DNA of 64,000 bases from Hadesarchaea archaeon. Its GTDB lineage: Archaea; Hadarchaeota; Hadarchaeia; Hadarchaeales; Hadarchaeaceae. Both the position numbers and the translations under genes were made by a program. This document shows, one piece after another, positions 8,822-18,790 of the stretch (position 1 is the first letter of the stretch; every line of letters starts with the position of its first letter). The notes beneath the pieces were generated by a model that had not been told where the DNA came from, did no database searches, and worked only from the letters and a program-made list of their open reading frames with translations. The DNA lies in assembly GCA_029259175.1 (NCBI GenBank), contig JAPDJH010000018.1, forward strand, positions 5,747 to 69,746, in the 5' to 3' direction.

Positions 8822-9692
8822 CCATTTTCTGCGTAGATCCGCTCAACGCGTCACTCAAATCCACCAAATTATCATCGCGTAGCAGACAGGGTTTAAGTTT
8901 TCCATCCGGAGTTAGGCGTATTCTCCTACAATGGGCGCAAAACCTCGAGTTGTGCATAGGACGCACGATTTCGATTTCCGCGCCATCAACAAAATATTTG
9001 GGACGGGCGTGCATGTCTTCTCTCACAATCACTCTGTCGGCTTTTTCTCTCAGCGCCTCTTCGATATCTCGCAGATCATGGTGGTAGCGTGCATAGTCCG
9101 CACCCGTCGGCAGAAAATCAACCAACTCGATCAGCTGAAGAATAGTTCCCGTTCCTCGAACGAAATCGATCATCCGATCTATCTCATTCTCATTCACTCC
9201 TCGCAACACCACCATGTTTATCTTTACGGGCCTTAGTCCCGATTCCACAGCAGCCTTTATTCCGCGTAAAACGGCATCAAGCATCGGTGCCCCGGTGATC
9301 TGTTTGTACTTGATCGGATCTAGAGTGTCCAAGCTGATGTTGATACGATTCAGACCAGCGTCGGCCAGCTGCGATGCTATGCCGGCTAACTTAGTGCCAT
9401 TAGTAGTCATCGAAACATCGTCCATTCCAGAAGTCGCGGCAGCTTTTACTATGCCCAAAATGTCGTTGCGCAACAGCGGTTCGCCCCCAGTGATTTTCAC
9501 TTTAGTTATTCCCAGCCCCTTCGCCACTTGGAGGATTCTTTCTATCTGCTCAACCGTTAGCTCCCGAGTTGCCGGGCTAGAGCCCTCTCTGTGACAGTAG
9601 AAACAGCGTAAGTTGCATCGTTCGGTAACGGATACCCTAATACCCGTCACAGGACGGCCGAATCGATCAACGAGCATCTTGGTGCACCTCAA
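8772..9692 (-). CDS. moaA: GTP 3',8-cyclase MoaA (radical SAM, molybdenum cofactor biosynthesis)
   Basis: TERCNLRCFYCH (CxxxCxxC) near the N-terminus, with GGEPLLR and C-terminal Cys residues for the second Fe-S cluster. Confidence 0.85.
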   Translation of the reverse strand: MRCTKMLVDRFGRPVTGIRVSVTERCNLRCFYCHREGSSPATRELTVEQIERILQVAKGLGITKVKITGGEPLLRNDILGIVKAAATSGMDDVSMTTNGTKLAGIASQLADAGLNRINISLDTLDPIKYKQITGAPMLDAVLRGIKAAVESGLRPVKINMVVLRGVNENEIDRMIDFVRGTGTILQLIELVDFLPTGADYARYHHDLRDIEEALREKADRVIVREDMHARPKYFVDGAEIEIVRPMHNSRFCAHCRRIRLTPDGKLKPCLLRDDNLVDLSDALSGSTQKMVESFLRAIYYREPYFK

Positions 9693-10443
9693 TCAAAACC
9701 CGTTTTCCTCGAGCCTCTCTCAGCGAAGAAACCAGCGCACTAACCATGTTAGCAATCAAGTCTTGCACGAAAGGATTGAGAGGAATTCTGATCCCGTCCA
9801 CTATCAACACTGTCTTTTCTTTTTTCAGAACTACACAAGAATCCCATTTTCTCTCACCTTTTGCTATGGCTTGGGCGAGTTCATCGCACTTTCTGAATCC
9901 GCACTTCCCGCAATCAAGCCCGGGTGGAGGTGGAAAGGCTCTCTCTTCTACTAGGTCCGCCAGCTCAGCCATCGAGTCAAATGAAAAACTTGGTAACCCC
10001 TCCAACTCCGCGCCAACACATCCAATAACGTATCTGTCCAACAACTCCTCCGCTTCCATTTTGTTCTTCGCCACTACTACTTTCGCTATTCCTCTCACTT
10101 CTTTAAATCCCTCTAACACGAAGAAATCGAGATCTCGCAGCCGCTGCTTGATCTCCTCCCATTTCACTTTTTTGCGTTCTATGGCGCTGATTTCACCATC
10201 CGCAACGCATATTACCCGCTCAGCGCCTGCTCGCGCATGCCTCCACGTGTCTCTACCCTCCTGATCGATGGTAAATCCGGGAATGCCAACGTGCTTCACG
10301 GTTCCCACCGAATACCCGCGCTTAACTAGCTCTCGCACGAGGCCTTCAACCACCGCGGTTTTCCCCGAATCCTTGTACCCGATCACTGCGACGACCCGGC
10401 TAAAACCCAAACAGCTCCACCTCCACTTCTTCTCCTTCCTCAA
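9667..10443 (-). CDS. mobB: Molybdopterin-guanine dinucleotide biosynthesis protein MobB with a Cys-rich C-terminal extension
   Basis: VIGYKDSGKTAVVEGLVRELVKRGYSVGTVKH P-loop, followed by a CGKCGFRKC-containing extension. Confidence 0.7.
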   Translation of the reverse strand: MRKEKKWRWSCLGFSRVVAVIGYKDSGKTAVVEGLVRELVKRGYSVGTVKHVGIPGFTIDQEGRDTWRHARAGAERVICVADGEISAIERKKVKWEEIKQRLRDLDFFVLEGFKEVRGIAKVVVAKNKMEAEELLDRYVIGCVGAELEGLPSFSFDSMAELADLVEERAFPPPPGLDCGKCGFRKCDELAQAIAKGERKWDSCVVLKKEKTVLIVDGIRIPLNPFVQDLIANMVSALVSSLREARGKRVLIEVHQDAR

Positions 10444-11629
10444 CTATCTCTTTGTTCACCGGGATCACGAAGTATCCGTCCACCTTAGCGAGAGAAGCGA
10501 TAGCCCCAGAATCCTTCGCCATGGGACGGGCATACACACCGTCACTTGTCGTTTTCAGCTGCACCGGTACCATTTCCCGCCGCCCACGAACTGAAAGATA
10601 TTTTGTCGTCAAACGTGCCCTTACTTTGTTAGATTCTTTCCCGCGACCCGTCATTGTTCTGATGAGCGGAGCAACGAGTTCATTGAAAACCATGAGAGCG
10701 GACACCGGATAGCCCGGTAAGCCAATCACCAGTTTTCGTTTAAGCACTGCGATAAGGGTCGGTTTGCCGGGCTTTTGCGTGATCCCGTGCACTATCACTC
10801 CCGGCTTTCCCATCGAATTCAATATCTCTGGTACTAGATCTCCTTCTCCCGCCGATGTCCCTCCCGACAAAAGCACAATATCGTTCTCCTTTAAAGCGCG
10901 TTCAACGATCTTGCTGATTTCGTCCCGCTTGTCGGACACATGACCGTACAACCTTGGATACCCGCCCAAATTTTTCACTGCAGCAAAAAGCGTGTAACTA
11001 TTCACATCGAACACTTTTCCCTCTTTTAACCGCGTACCGGGTGTTTGGAGTTCATCACCAGTGGAGATTATCCCCACGCGCGGCTCCGCGTAAACCACAA
11101 CTGTAGAAACCCCGGCCGCGGCCAGAGCTCCGGTTTCTCTTGGACCGAAAACATGATTTTTCTCGACAAGCACTTCACCCTGTCTAACGTCGGATCCCTT
11201 TTTTATCACATTCTCACCTGGCGATACTGATTTCAATATTTCTACTCCTCCCTCCACTTCCCGTGTGTGTTCCACCATCACTATGGCGTTCGCTCCCGGT
11301 GGTAGGGGTGCTCCAGTGCCGATCCTGACGCATTCCCTCGGACCCACTTTTCTTCGAAACACCGCACCCGCCCTCGCCTCACCAATAATCCACAATTTCT
11401 TCGGAAAGCCTTCATCGGCTCCAAAAGTGTCCCTAGCTCTCACTGCATAGCCGTCGTATTGTGCGCGGTCAAAAGGAGGAATATCGATCGGTGCGCTCAC
11501 TTTCTGCGCAGCCACTCTCCCTAGGGCGTTCTCCAGCGAAACTCGTTGAAATTTCACTTTCGGCGTCCAGTACTGAAAGATCCGGCGAACAGCCTCTTCT
11601 ATCGGAACTAGTGCTAGAAACCTTGGCAT
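10400..11629 (-). CDS. moeA: Molybdopterin molybdenumtransferase MoeA
   Basis: MoeA/gephyrin-E-like length, with SGGTSAGEGD and GLPGYPVSA motifs, adjacent to moaA/mobB. Confidence 0.8.
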   Translation of the reverse strand: MPRFLALVPIEEAVRRIFQYWTPKVKFQRVSLENALGRVAAQKVSAPIDIPPFDRAQYDGYAVRARDTFGADEGFPKKLWIIGEARAGAVFRRKVGPRECVRIGTGAPLPPGANAIVMVEHTREVEGGVEILKSVSPGENVIKKGSDVRQGEVLVEKNHVFGPRETGALAAAGVSTVVVYAEPRVGIISTGDELQTPGTRLKEGKVFDVNSYTLFAAVKNLGGYPRLYGHVSDKRDEISKIVERALKENDIVLLSGGTSAGEGDLVPEILNSMGKPGVIVHGITQKPGKPTLIAVLKRKLVIGLPGYPVSALMVFNELVAPLIRTMTGRGKESNKVRARLTTKYLSVRGRREMVPVQLKTTSDGVYARPMAKDSGAIASLAKVDGYFVIPVNKEIVEEGEEVEVELFGF

Positions 11630-11686
11630 CTAATTCTCTTAACAAACAAAGTATTTAATTACAAAGAATATGTTAAGCGCTTAAGC

Positions 11687-13570
11687 TTAACGACTCGAAG
11701 GCAATTTGTTCAATCTCGCGAGTTCGTCGGCAACATCTGGTAGTGCAAGCTCTTCCAGTTTTTCTCTTGGGATCCACCCCGTATCCCAATCCCAGCCGCG
11801 GAGTTCGTAATACTCGCGCAACATCTGGTCGAGTTCCACCACCTGCCCTCTCGGAGGACCGGACGGAGCCGGTTCCTTCGTCAATCGTTCCGGCAGAGTA
11901 TCGTCCGCTCGTGTAATCCCCTCCCTGATATCAAACGCTCTTTCCAATGTGAAGATCCTCTCACCAATCAAACGAAGTTTGTTCTCCGTGTATTCGATTC
12001 CCGTTATGAGCGACAGCGCTTGTGCGTAATCCGCGAAGTAGAACACTGGAGGCCAAACCGCTCCGAACTTACAGGTCACCAGCGAGTCCACAACTGCGCA
12101 GAAGTTCTCCCCATCTCGCACCATCAACGGTTTGTACTTCGGATTCAGCCGATCCGCTGCTTCCGGCATGACCTCCTTTCCAAACCGCTCTTCGATCCCC
12201 TTTACAAAGCCAACTTCGCTCAACACTTCAAAAGAGGTCAAGTGATCTGCCCCGCGATTAGCCACAGCATGTGATAGGCCCATCGACTTCTGGGCCCTGC
12301 CGTCCTGCGCTGGCTCATCCATGCCCTTCACCACCATGGTGAAGGACTTGACCGAGTCCCCAAAGCGCTTTGCAAAACGAGCAGTTCCCTCGGCCAGCTG
12401 ATCTCCAAATCCCTCCCGGCGCGCTATGAGTTCCACGCACCGGATTATAGCGTCGGCGTTGCCCCATGTGAGCTCTATCCCGCCCGTGTCTTCTTTTGAC
12501 AGCAAACCGCGCTCATAGCATTCCATGGCAAAAGCTATCACGCCCCCGCAGGAAATCGTGTCTAAGCCGTAGATGTTGCAAAGCCTGTTTGCATAGAGCA
12601 AGGCCTCGAGATCGGAGTTTCCGCAACGACTGCCCAGAGACGACAGAGTTTCGTATTCTATTTTTCCCTCAATGTTCCAACGTTTTCCTTTTCCCACATA
12701 GGTCTCGCAGTGAAGAGGACAGTTATAGCAAGCTCGCTTTTTGACCATAAACTCGCTGATAATTCTTTCTCCCCCGATTCTCTCAGCATGCTCAAAAGTT
12801 CCACTCTGAAAATTGCGAGTTGGGAATCGTCCGATTTCATTCATGAGTTCTACCAAAATTGTGGTTCCGTATTTCATCGTCGACGGTGAAAACTCGTGAG
12901 AGACCAGGCGTTTTCGAGCTTCTTTGGTCAGCTCTTCAAATTTTTCTTCGTTTGCAATAGGCACTTTACGATCCCCTCGCACCGAGATGGCTTTCAGATT
13001 CTTAGAGCCCATCACCGCTCCTATGCCCGTGCGCGCAGCCGCTCGATAATCGTGCATGATCGCTGCAAATCTTACAAGATTCTCTCCAGCAGGCCCGATC
13101 GAAACCACTTTTGTACCATCACCATGTTTCGCAATCAGTTCCTTCTCGGTGTCAACAGTGGTCATGCCCCACAGCTCGCTAGCCGGCAAAATTTGGGCAT
13201 CGCCATTTTCGATGTGAATCCGGACCGGCTTGGACGCCTTCCCTTTTACAACCACCACATCAAATCCAGCAAATTTCAGTGCCGCGCCCCAATGCCCTCC
13301 AGAATTGGCTTCTCCATATAAATCCGTCAGCGGAGATTTCGCCGCCACCTCGTATCTTCCCGACTGCGGCCAAGACGTGCCGTTGATCGGACCGGTGGCA
13401 AAAATCAAAACATTTTGTGGAGAAAAGGGATCGATCCCTGGGGGCACCATATCGAACAACATGCGCGCGCATATCCCGTTTCCGCCTATGTACTCCACTG
13501 CAAGATCCGCCGGCAACTCTTCTATCACTACTTTCTCTTTATCCAAGTCCGCGCGCAGAATCTTTCCCAT
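11687..13570 (-). CDS. aor: Tungsten-containing aldehyde:ferredoxin oxidoreductase (AOR family)
   Basis: The ATG at 13570 gives MGKILRADLDKEKVVIEELPADLAVEYIGGNGICARMLFD, a canonical AOR N-terminus. About 627 aa. Adjacent to the molybdopterin (tungsten cofactor) genes. Confidence 0.85.
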   Translation of the reverse strand: MGKILRADLDKEKVVIEELPADLAVEYIGGNGICARMLFDMVPPGIDPFSPQNVLIFATGPINGTSWPQSGRYEVAAKSPLTDLYGEANSGGHWGAALKFAGFDVVVVKGKASKPVRIHIENGDAQILPASELWGMTTVDTEKELIAKHGDGTKVVSIGPAGENLVRFAAIMHDYRAAARTGIGAVMGSKNLKAISVRGDRKVPIANEEKFEELTKEARKRLVSHEFSPSTMKYGTTILVELMNEIGRFPTRNFQSGTFEHAERIGGERIISEFMVKKRACYNCPLHCETYVGKGKRWNIEGKIEYETLSSLGSRCGNSDLEALLYANRLCNIYGLDTISCGGVIAFAMECYERGLLSKEDTGGIELTWGNADAIIRCVELIARREGFGDQLAEGTARFAKRFGDSVKSFTMVVKGMDEPAQDGRAQKSMGLSHAVANRGADHLTSFEVLSEVGFVKGIEERFGKEVMPEAADRLNPKYKPLMVRDGENFCAVVDSLVTCKFGAVWPPVFYFADYAQALSLITGIEYTENKLRLIGERIFTLERAFDIREGITRADDTLPERLTKEPAPSGPPRGQVVELDQMLREYYELRGWDWDTGWIPREKLEELALPDVADELARLNKLPSSR

Positions 13571-13632
13571 GTATCCGCCTTTCAGAGAACCCGGCATGCA
13601 CAAGAAGGTTTTCAAACAAATCATATAAACTT

Positions 13633-14235
13633 TCAGCTCAGCATGCCGAAGAGAACGAGACACGAATTATAGAGATTGTGAGCCAAAACTGCTCCACCTA
13701 GCCCTGCTCGAAGATAACATACACCAAGCAGGAGCGAGGTCGGAAAGATCGCCAAAGCGAACGCGGGGTACGTGCCTGGATTGGATAGATGAAATATGGA
13801 AAAAAGCAGGGAGGAGAATAAAACCGCCCCCAGCCGACTCCTCTTCCAAGTGATGAACTCGTCAATCAATATCCCTCGGAAAATCCATTCCTCAAAGATG
13901 GGGAGAATGTTCACTATGAGTAGGAGAACCCAGGGATAGCGCTCTTCCAAACCCACGAAAGGATATTCTTCAGGATTGACCACTGGCACGTTTGCCTCGA
14001 TGAGAATCCAATTTACACAGAGGGCAAGAACGAGGGCGAACACCCCTGTCCAAAGTCCGATCGTCACTATCCGATATCGCTCCTTTTGGGTCAAGTGTCT
14101 CCACACCCTTCTCCAATACTTGGGGGATAGGCGATGGAAATGCCAAGGATTTTCGGCCGCAAGTCTTCCAACAACAATTCCCAGCAAAATCCCGGCAACT
14201 AGAACCCGAAGAATATTCCACAAAAAGAACACCAC
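13633..14235 (-). CDS. CPBP-family (CAAX) intramembrane metalloprotease
   Basis: Multi-pass membrane protein with an EEWIFRG motif (ExxxR) and FSIFH, characteristic of CPBP/Abi proteases. Confidence 0.65.
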   Translation of the reverse strand: MVFFLWNILRVLVAGILLGIVVGRLAAENPWHFHRLSPKYWRRVWRHLTQKERYRIVTIGLWTGVFALVLALCVNWILIEANVPVVNPEEYPFVGLEERYPWVLLLIVNILPIFEEWIFRGILIDEFITWKRSRLGAVLFSSLLFSIFHLSNPGTYPAFALAIFPTSLLLGVCYLRAGLGGAVLAHNLYNSCLVLFGMLS

Positions 14236-14241
14236 GATGCT

Positions 14242-14574
14242 CTATTTCTTCGCCCGTTCTAGAGCTTGAAGGGTGGTTCTAATGGCCTCAATCAGTTGTA
14301 AAGTCTTTGTCGGGTCTTCTTCTTTTTCGAGTTTTTCGACAAGAGATTCCAATTTTGAGTGGAGTACCCGATCTACTCGGGATAACACGTCTTCCTTGGC
14401 CTTCTCCTTCAACTGCCGGTCTTGCTCCAGTTCGCCACAAAGAGGACAAACCACTTTTCCCTCAAATTCGAAAAGGGGACTCTTGCACTTCCCACAATGC
14501 ACACCCAGCATTTTGCCTCCTGCCAACAGGGCCTCGGTTATCTTCTTGATTTTGTCTTCGTTTTCCGCCATCAA
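14242..14574 (-). CDS. Zinc-ribbon protein, UPF0148/autoantigen-p27-like
   Basis: HCGKCKSPLFEFEGKVVCPLCG, a CxxC..CxxC ribbon, followed by a coiled-coil. Confidence 0.5.
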   Translation of the reverse strand: MMAENEDKIKKITEALLAGGKMLGVHCGKCKSPLFEFEGKVVCPLCGELEQDRQLKEKAKEDVLSRVDRVLHSKLESLVEKLEKEEDPTKTLQLIEAIRTTLQALERAKK

Positions 14575-14628
14575 AAATCCTTATGAAGAGCATTCCTAAA
14601 AGGTAGATAGGCTTGAGAAGGTGATGTT

Positions 14629-14889
14629 ATGGAAGCTGAACACGAGCAAAAAATCCGTCAGGTGTTGGATATCGTGACACGCATCAGCGAGGATACAACC
14701 GTACCGCGGAATATCCGGAGGAAAGCTCAGGAAGCCAAGAACTATTTGCTCGATCAAAACTCCGATCCAGCCGTCAGAGCAGCGTCGGCGCGCATGGCGT
14801 TAGAGGAAGTTAGCGAAGACCCCAACATGCCCGTGCATGCTAGGACTCAGCTGTGGGGGGCCTTAAGCATTCTCGAAACAATCAGGTGA
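14629..14889 (+). CDS. UPF0147-family small archaeal protein
   Basis: 86 aa, conserved archaeal small helical protein pattern (IRQVLDIVTRISEDTTVPRNIRRKAQEAKNYL). Confidence 0.5.
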   Translation: MEAEHEQKIRQVLDIVTRISEDTTVPRNIRRKAQEAKNYLLDQNSDPAVRAASARMALEEVSEDPNMPVHARTQLWGALSILETIR

Positions 14890-15254
14890 GTAAGCTGACA
14901 ACACGTCTAGCACCACAAATAACGGAGGACCTCACGAGCTTTGCAGAGTCTCTCAAAAAAAGAGACCTAAAAACGGCGCGGGCGTGGTTAGAGAACAAAA
15001 GACAGACTTTGCAAACACCCAACGACTTTGAAAAGGGATTTCTCTTGGCGCTCAACGGCATGATCGTCTCACTCGAAAGCAACCAGAGTTTTTCCCTCAT
15101 GAAAAAGATTCTCGATGGTACTCCGCAGGAAGAGGTACAACAGATCTACAAAGATTTCAAAAAACGGGCAGAGCAGAGATTCCGACCCGCGTTGGAGCGC
15201 GGATTTGACACTGCATGGGCCATGGTTTTACAGCATTTCCTTCAAGCAGAATAG
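14853..15254 (+). CDS. Hypothetical protein
   Basis: ORF directly following and overlapping the stop of the upstream gene (a GTG at 14886 overlaps the TGA). No recognisable motif. Confidence 0.35.
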   Translation: MGGLKHSRNNQVSKLTTRLAPQITEDLTSFAESLKKRDLKTARAWLENKRQTLQTPNDFEKGFLLALNGMIVSLESNQSFSLMKKILDGTPQEEVQQIYKDFKKRAEQRFRPALERGFDTAWAMVLQHFLQAE

Positions 15255-15851
15255 TTACTCGATCGTGGCGTGTTTTGCCCGCAAGTCCTCCTCCTTTTTG
15301 CCCAGCTTGACCATGAGGCTGGAAATAATCGCGTCTAAGAAAACCATTGAACTTATCTCGAATAGAGTTCCAAGAGGTGTTAGCGAAGCGTATTCACCAT
15401 AGAGTTCCCTTCGGACGAATCCCTTGATGCTGGCAATCTTTGTTCTGCCCGGGAGAGTCACTACCAAATCCGCCAACTTCGCCAAGCTCGAACGCGGATA
15501 GGAGGTGATCGCTGCAACGCGCGCTCCCACTTTTTTCGCGATTTTTGCAGATTCCACTATCAAATCGGTCTCACCCGATCCGGATAACGCGACGAGCAAA
15601 TCACCGGGTCTGAGCGCTGGTGTAATTGTCTCACCGACCACATACACTTCAAAGTCCAAGTGCATCAAACGGGTCGCAAAAGCTTTTACAACCAAGCCAG
15701 AGCGTCCCGCACCAACCACAAATACTCGGCGTGTATTCAACAACGCTTGAATGAAATTCTCAACCTCTTTTGATTTCAATTTCTTTGGAAGTGTTCGGAG
15801 GAAAGCGAGAATCTCATCCATCGCGCGCAGTGTTTCTTCCATCCCCACCAT
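15255..15851 (-). CDS. SIS-domain sugar phosphate isomerase (6-phospho-3-hexuloisomerase-like)
   Basis: VFVVGAGRSGLVVKAFATRL...ALSGSGET SIS-fold motifs. Length about 198 aa. Confidence 0.7.
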   Translation of the reverse strand: MVGMEETLRAMDEILAFLRTLPKKLKSKEVENFIQALLNTRRVFVVGAGRSGLVVKAFATRLMHLDFEVYVVGETITPALRPGDLLVALSGSGETDLIVESAKIAKKVGARVAAITSYPRSSLAKLADLVVTLPGRTKIASIKGFVRRELYGEYASLTPLGTLFEISSMVFLDAIISSLMVKLGKKEEDLRAKHATIE

Positions 15852-15917
15852 TTAGGATTAAAAGTAGGGGTTTTAAAATATCCCCCTTGAGTTATCATTG
15901 TCTCCGGAGGCGCTGCA

Positions 15918-17885
15918 ATGCTTCACTTCCTTGGCTTTGTGATGTGGGTAATCGGAGGCGTGATGTTGATTCCTAGCGCGCTCGCGCCTGTTTTTGGAGA
16001 AAGCCATCTCATACCGGTATTCGTAATTCCGGCACTTGTAGCCATAGGTCTCGGTTATTATATGCGCAGAAAAACTTCTCCTCGAGAGCTGAGCCTGGGT
16101 GAAGCGATGGTGACCGCCACCGCCGCTTGGATCATTTTCGCGGTTTTTTCTTCTGCCCCATACGTGGCGGGGATGGGAATGCCCATAGAAGATGCCTATT
16201 TCGAAAGCATGTCAGGGCTCACAGCGACCGGATTGACCATGATACCGCAGGATCCGGTGGCAAACCACCTCGTAATAAGTGAGGTGGGCATTTCCGCCGA
16301 CAACGTCTCTTATATAGAACTGTACAATCCGACAGAAAGCGCGGTCGACCTTTCTTCTTCTCTTGTGTGGATAGCAACAGAAAATCGTGTAAAGTTAGAA
16401 AACATCGTTTGGTACACAAGTACCATACATTCTCACGGGTACTTTTTGCTGGCCGCTTCTGAGTCCGTATGCGGCGTTCAAGCGGATGCTCTGTTTACCA
16501 CCTCGCTGTCATCCGTTGGCGCTGTGGCCATATCCACAACCTCCGCAAGTTTTGAACACGCCACAGACCGTGTTGCTTGGGGAGGATCTACAGCGGATGA
16601 TTTTGCAGAGGGCTCCAGCTCACCCCACGTTTTATCTCCGGGCGACTCTTTGGAGCGCCGCATCTCTAAGCAGCTCTCCGAAAAGGCCACATTGAAGTAT
16701 GAATGGGGAAACGCCTATGACACAGATATGAACTCCGACGATTTTGTTTTCCATAGCGGTGTGTGCGATCCAGAAAATTCTGGCGTGCAAAAGAACCCCA
16801 TATTGAACATCGAACGCTCGCCTCGCACCATCTTGTTCTGGCGGAGTTTGACTGAGTGGGTGGGTGGACTGGGAATTATAGTGCTGTTCTTGGCGGCGCT
16901 TGTCGGTTTCGGAAAAGCGGCTCGAAAAATGTACGTGGCGGAAGCCAGGACCCAATTCGTGGAACCCAACGTCACGCAGACTGCAAGATCTCTGTGGGGG
17001 ATTTACATTATTCTTACGCTAATCGGAGCAACGCTCCTGTACCTCACGTCATTGCCTAACGCCTCACTGTTTGAATCGGTTAACCATGCCATGACAGGAA
17101 TTGCCACGGGCGGTTTTTCTGTGCGTAACGACAGTTTCGCAGGATATGCTTGGCCGGTCCTAACGGTGGCCATTCTCATCATGATCGCTGGAGCTACCAG
17201 TTTCGCTGTGCACCGCATGATCTTCCGTGGTGCTTGGCGAGAGTTCTTCAAAAATGTGGAAGTAAAATTTATGCTAGCGCTGATAGCGGTGTGTAGCGCG
17301 CTGTTGATTTTGAGCGTTGGAATAACTGATTCGTTTTTCCAAACAACCTCTGCACTCACCGGCACCGGATTTTCTACGGCGAACTTGGCACATTGGGGAG
17401 ATGGACAGAAAGGTGTGCTCATTTTGCTCATGGTGATCGGTGGCGGCTACGGCTCAACCTCGAGTGCTCTAAAACTCATTCGAGTACTCATCCTAGCGAA
17501 AGCCATTCACTGGATGATTAAAAAGAGCTTCTTGCCCGATCGAGCCGTTGTACACATGAAGCTCGGTGGTCGGATATACTCGGAACATGAAATGATGGAA
17601 GCTGCCATTTATGCCTTTCTTTACTTGCTTGTGATGATAGGCGGTGCAGTGGTTTTGATGAGCTTTGGCCACTCAGCCATCGATTCCTTGTTCGAATCTG
17701 CATCCGCACAAGGAAATGTTGGACTATCGGTGGGCATCACATCTCCCTTCATGCCCTTAGCTGGAAAGATCACTATGATCATCCAAATGCTGGTCGGGCG
17801 GTTGGAGATAATCCCGGTCATCGCTTTGCTAAGCTATCTAATAGTGGAGCTTCCTAGAAACGTTCGGCGCGCCTCGCAGGTCTGA
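15918..17885 (+). CDS. trkH: TrkH/KtrB-family potassium transporter with an inserted lamin-tail domain in an extracytoplasmic loop
   Basis: TrkH-like membrane core (MSGLTATGLT selectivity-type loops, GG motifs). About 190 aa, roughly 16240-16820, read VISEVGISADNVSYIELYNPTESAVDLSSSLVWIATEN...HGYFLLAAS, a lamin-tail-domain signature. The protein is 655 aa against about 480 for a typical TrkH. Confidence 0.75.
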   Translation: MLHFLGFVMWVIGGVMLIPSALAPVFGESHLIPVFVIPALVAIGLGYYMRRKTSPRELSLGEAMVTATAAWIIFAVFSSAPYVAGMGMPIEDAYFESMSGLTATGLTMIPQDPVANHLVISEVGISADNVSYIELYNPTESAVDLSSSLVWIATENRVKLENIVWYTSTIHSHGYFLLAASESVCGVQADALFTTSLSSVGAVAISTTSASFEHATDRVAWGGSTADDFAEGSSSPHVLSPGDSLERRISKQLSEKATLKYEWGNAYDTDMNSDDFVFHSGVCDPENSGVQKNPILNIERSPRTILFWRSLTEWVGGLGIIVLFLAALVGFGKAARKMYVAEARTQFVEPNVTQTARSLWGIYIILTLIGATLLYLTSLPNASLFESVNHAMTGIATGGFSVRNDSFAGYAWPVLTVAILIMIAGATSFAVHRMIFRGAWREFFKNVEVKFMLALIAVCSALLILSVGITDSFFQTTSALTGTGFSTANLAHWGDGQKGVLILLMVIGGGYGSTSSALKLIRVLILAKAIHWMIKKSFLPDRAVVHMKLGGRIYSEHEMMEAAIYAFLYLLVMIGGAVVLMSFGHSAIDSLFESASAQGNVGLSVGITSPFMPLAGKITMIIQMLVGRLEIIPVIALLSYLIVELPRNVRRASQV

Positions 17886-18450
17886 CGAACAGGTTGTACT
17901 TGTCCACGCCTTGGAGCTCCATCTCTATACGCTTGGCTATCAGAGACTTGGGATTGGCAAGACCCTTAACCCGCTCTTCCAGATCTTTAAAATCTGAGAA
18001 TGGTTTCTTGTTTCGCTCCTCCAAGATGGCCCACATCAGCTTCTTCCCAATCCCCGGAATGAGTTCGAGCTGGTGAAAGCGCGTCGTTACTGGACCAGCG
18101 CGGTTGAAAAACTCTACGTATTTTTCCGGTGCCTCCTCAATTATCTTCTCGATCACGGCTGGTAGCTCCGCTTTTGCGGCTGCGGTAAGATCACCGTAAC
18201 CGATTCTCCGTCGGATCCGCTCTACCTTGTCACGCCCCTCTTTCCCAATGTTTATTTTCTCTTGGGGCTGGAGCGTTACGCCCTTGAGCGGTACGACTTC
18301 AAGCAAAGTGAAGAAACCCGTTCCTATCACTTGAGCCACAGGCTCTCGCAAGTGAATGGGACGGGTATCACTTGGGCTTCCTTGGGGTAGGAAATCCAGC
18401 ACTATGGCGAAATCCTCATACTTTTTTTCAACCAAGCCAACCAGCTCCAC
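17854..18450 (-). CDS. DUF655-family RNA-binding protein
   Basis: Conserved archaeal gene order L21e-RpoF-DUF655. N-terminal OB/S1-like region and C-terminal HhH-like region. Confidence 0.6.
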   Translation of the reverse strand: MELVGLVEKKYEDFAIVLDFLPQGSPSDTRPIHLREPVAQVIGTGFFTLLEVVPLKGVTLQPQEKINIGKEGRDKVERIRRRIGYGDLTAAAKAELPAVIEKIIEEAPEKYVEFFNRAGPVTTRFHQLELIPGIGKKLMWAILEERNKKPFSDFKDLEERVKGLANPKSLIAKRIEMELQGVDKYNLFVRPARRAERF

Positions 18451-18454
18451 TTAT

Positions 18455-18790
18455 TCACTCGGTATGTTTCTTCACTATCTCCAAAATTTGATTGATTTCA
18501 GAATCCTCCAATCTGGTTCTCGTTTTTTGAAAAATTACTTCTACGTCCTGCTTTGTTTTTGGTAACAAATCGATAATCGCGACGATCTGCGCTTCGTTTA
18601 GTTTCTCGATCTGCGAGAGCTCTTCTCTCATCTTCCTCGCGGTCTCCGCGTCCACACCGGCAAATTTCTGTGCATAATCATATGCTAGCCGTTGAGAGTA
18701 CTCCATCTCCCCTTTCTTTTGTTTTTCTAAAAGCTCCAGCGCCTCTGGAATCGTGGTCGGTTTTTCTTCAACCACCCTTTTTCCGATCAC
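18455..18790 (-). CDS. rpoF: DNA-directed RNA polymerase subunit F (Rpo4/RpoF)
   Basis: About 111 aa, located between L21e and DUF655 as in most archaea. Helical HRDC-like C-terminus. Confidence 0.65.
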   Translation of the reverse strand: MIGKRVVEEKPTTIPEALELLEKQKKGEMEYSQRLAYDYAQKFAGVDAETARKMREELSQIEKLNEAQIVAIIDLLPKTKQDVEVIFQKTRTRLEDSEINQILEIVKKHTE

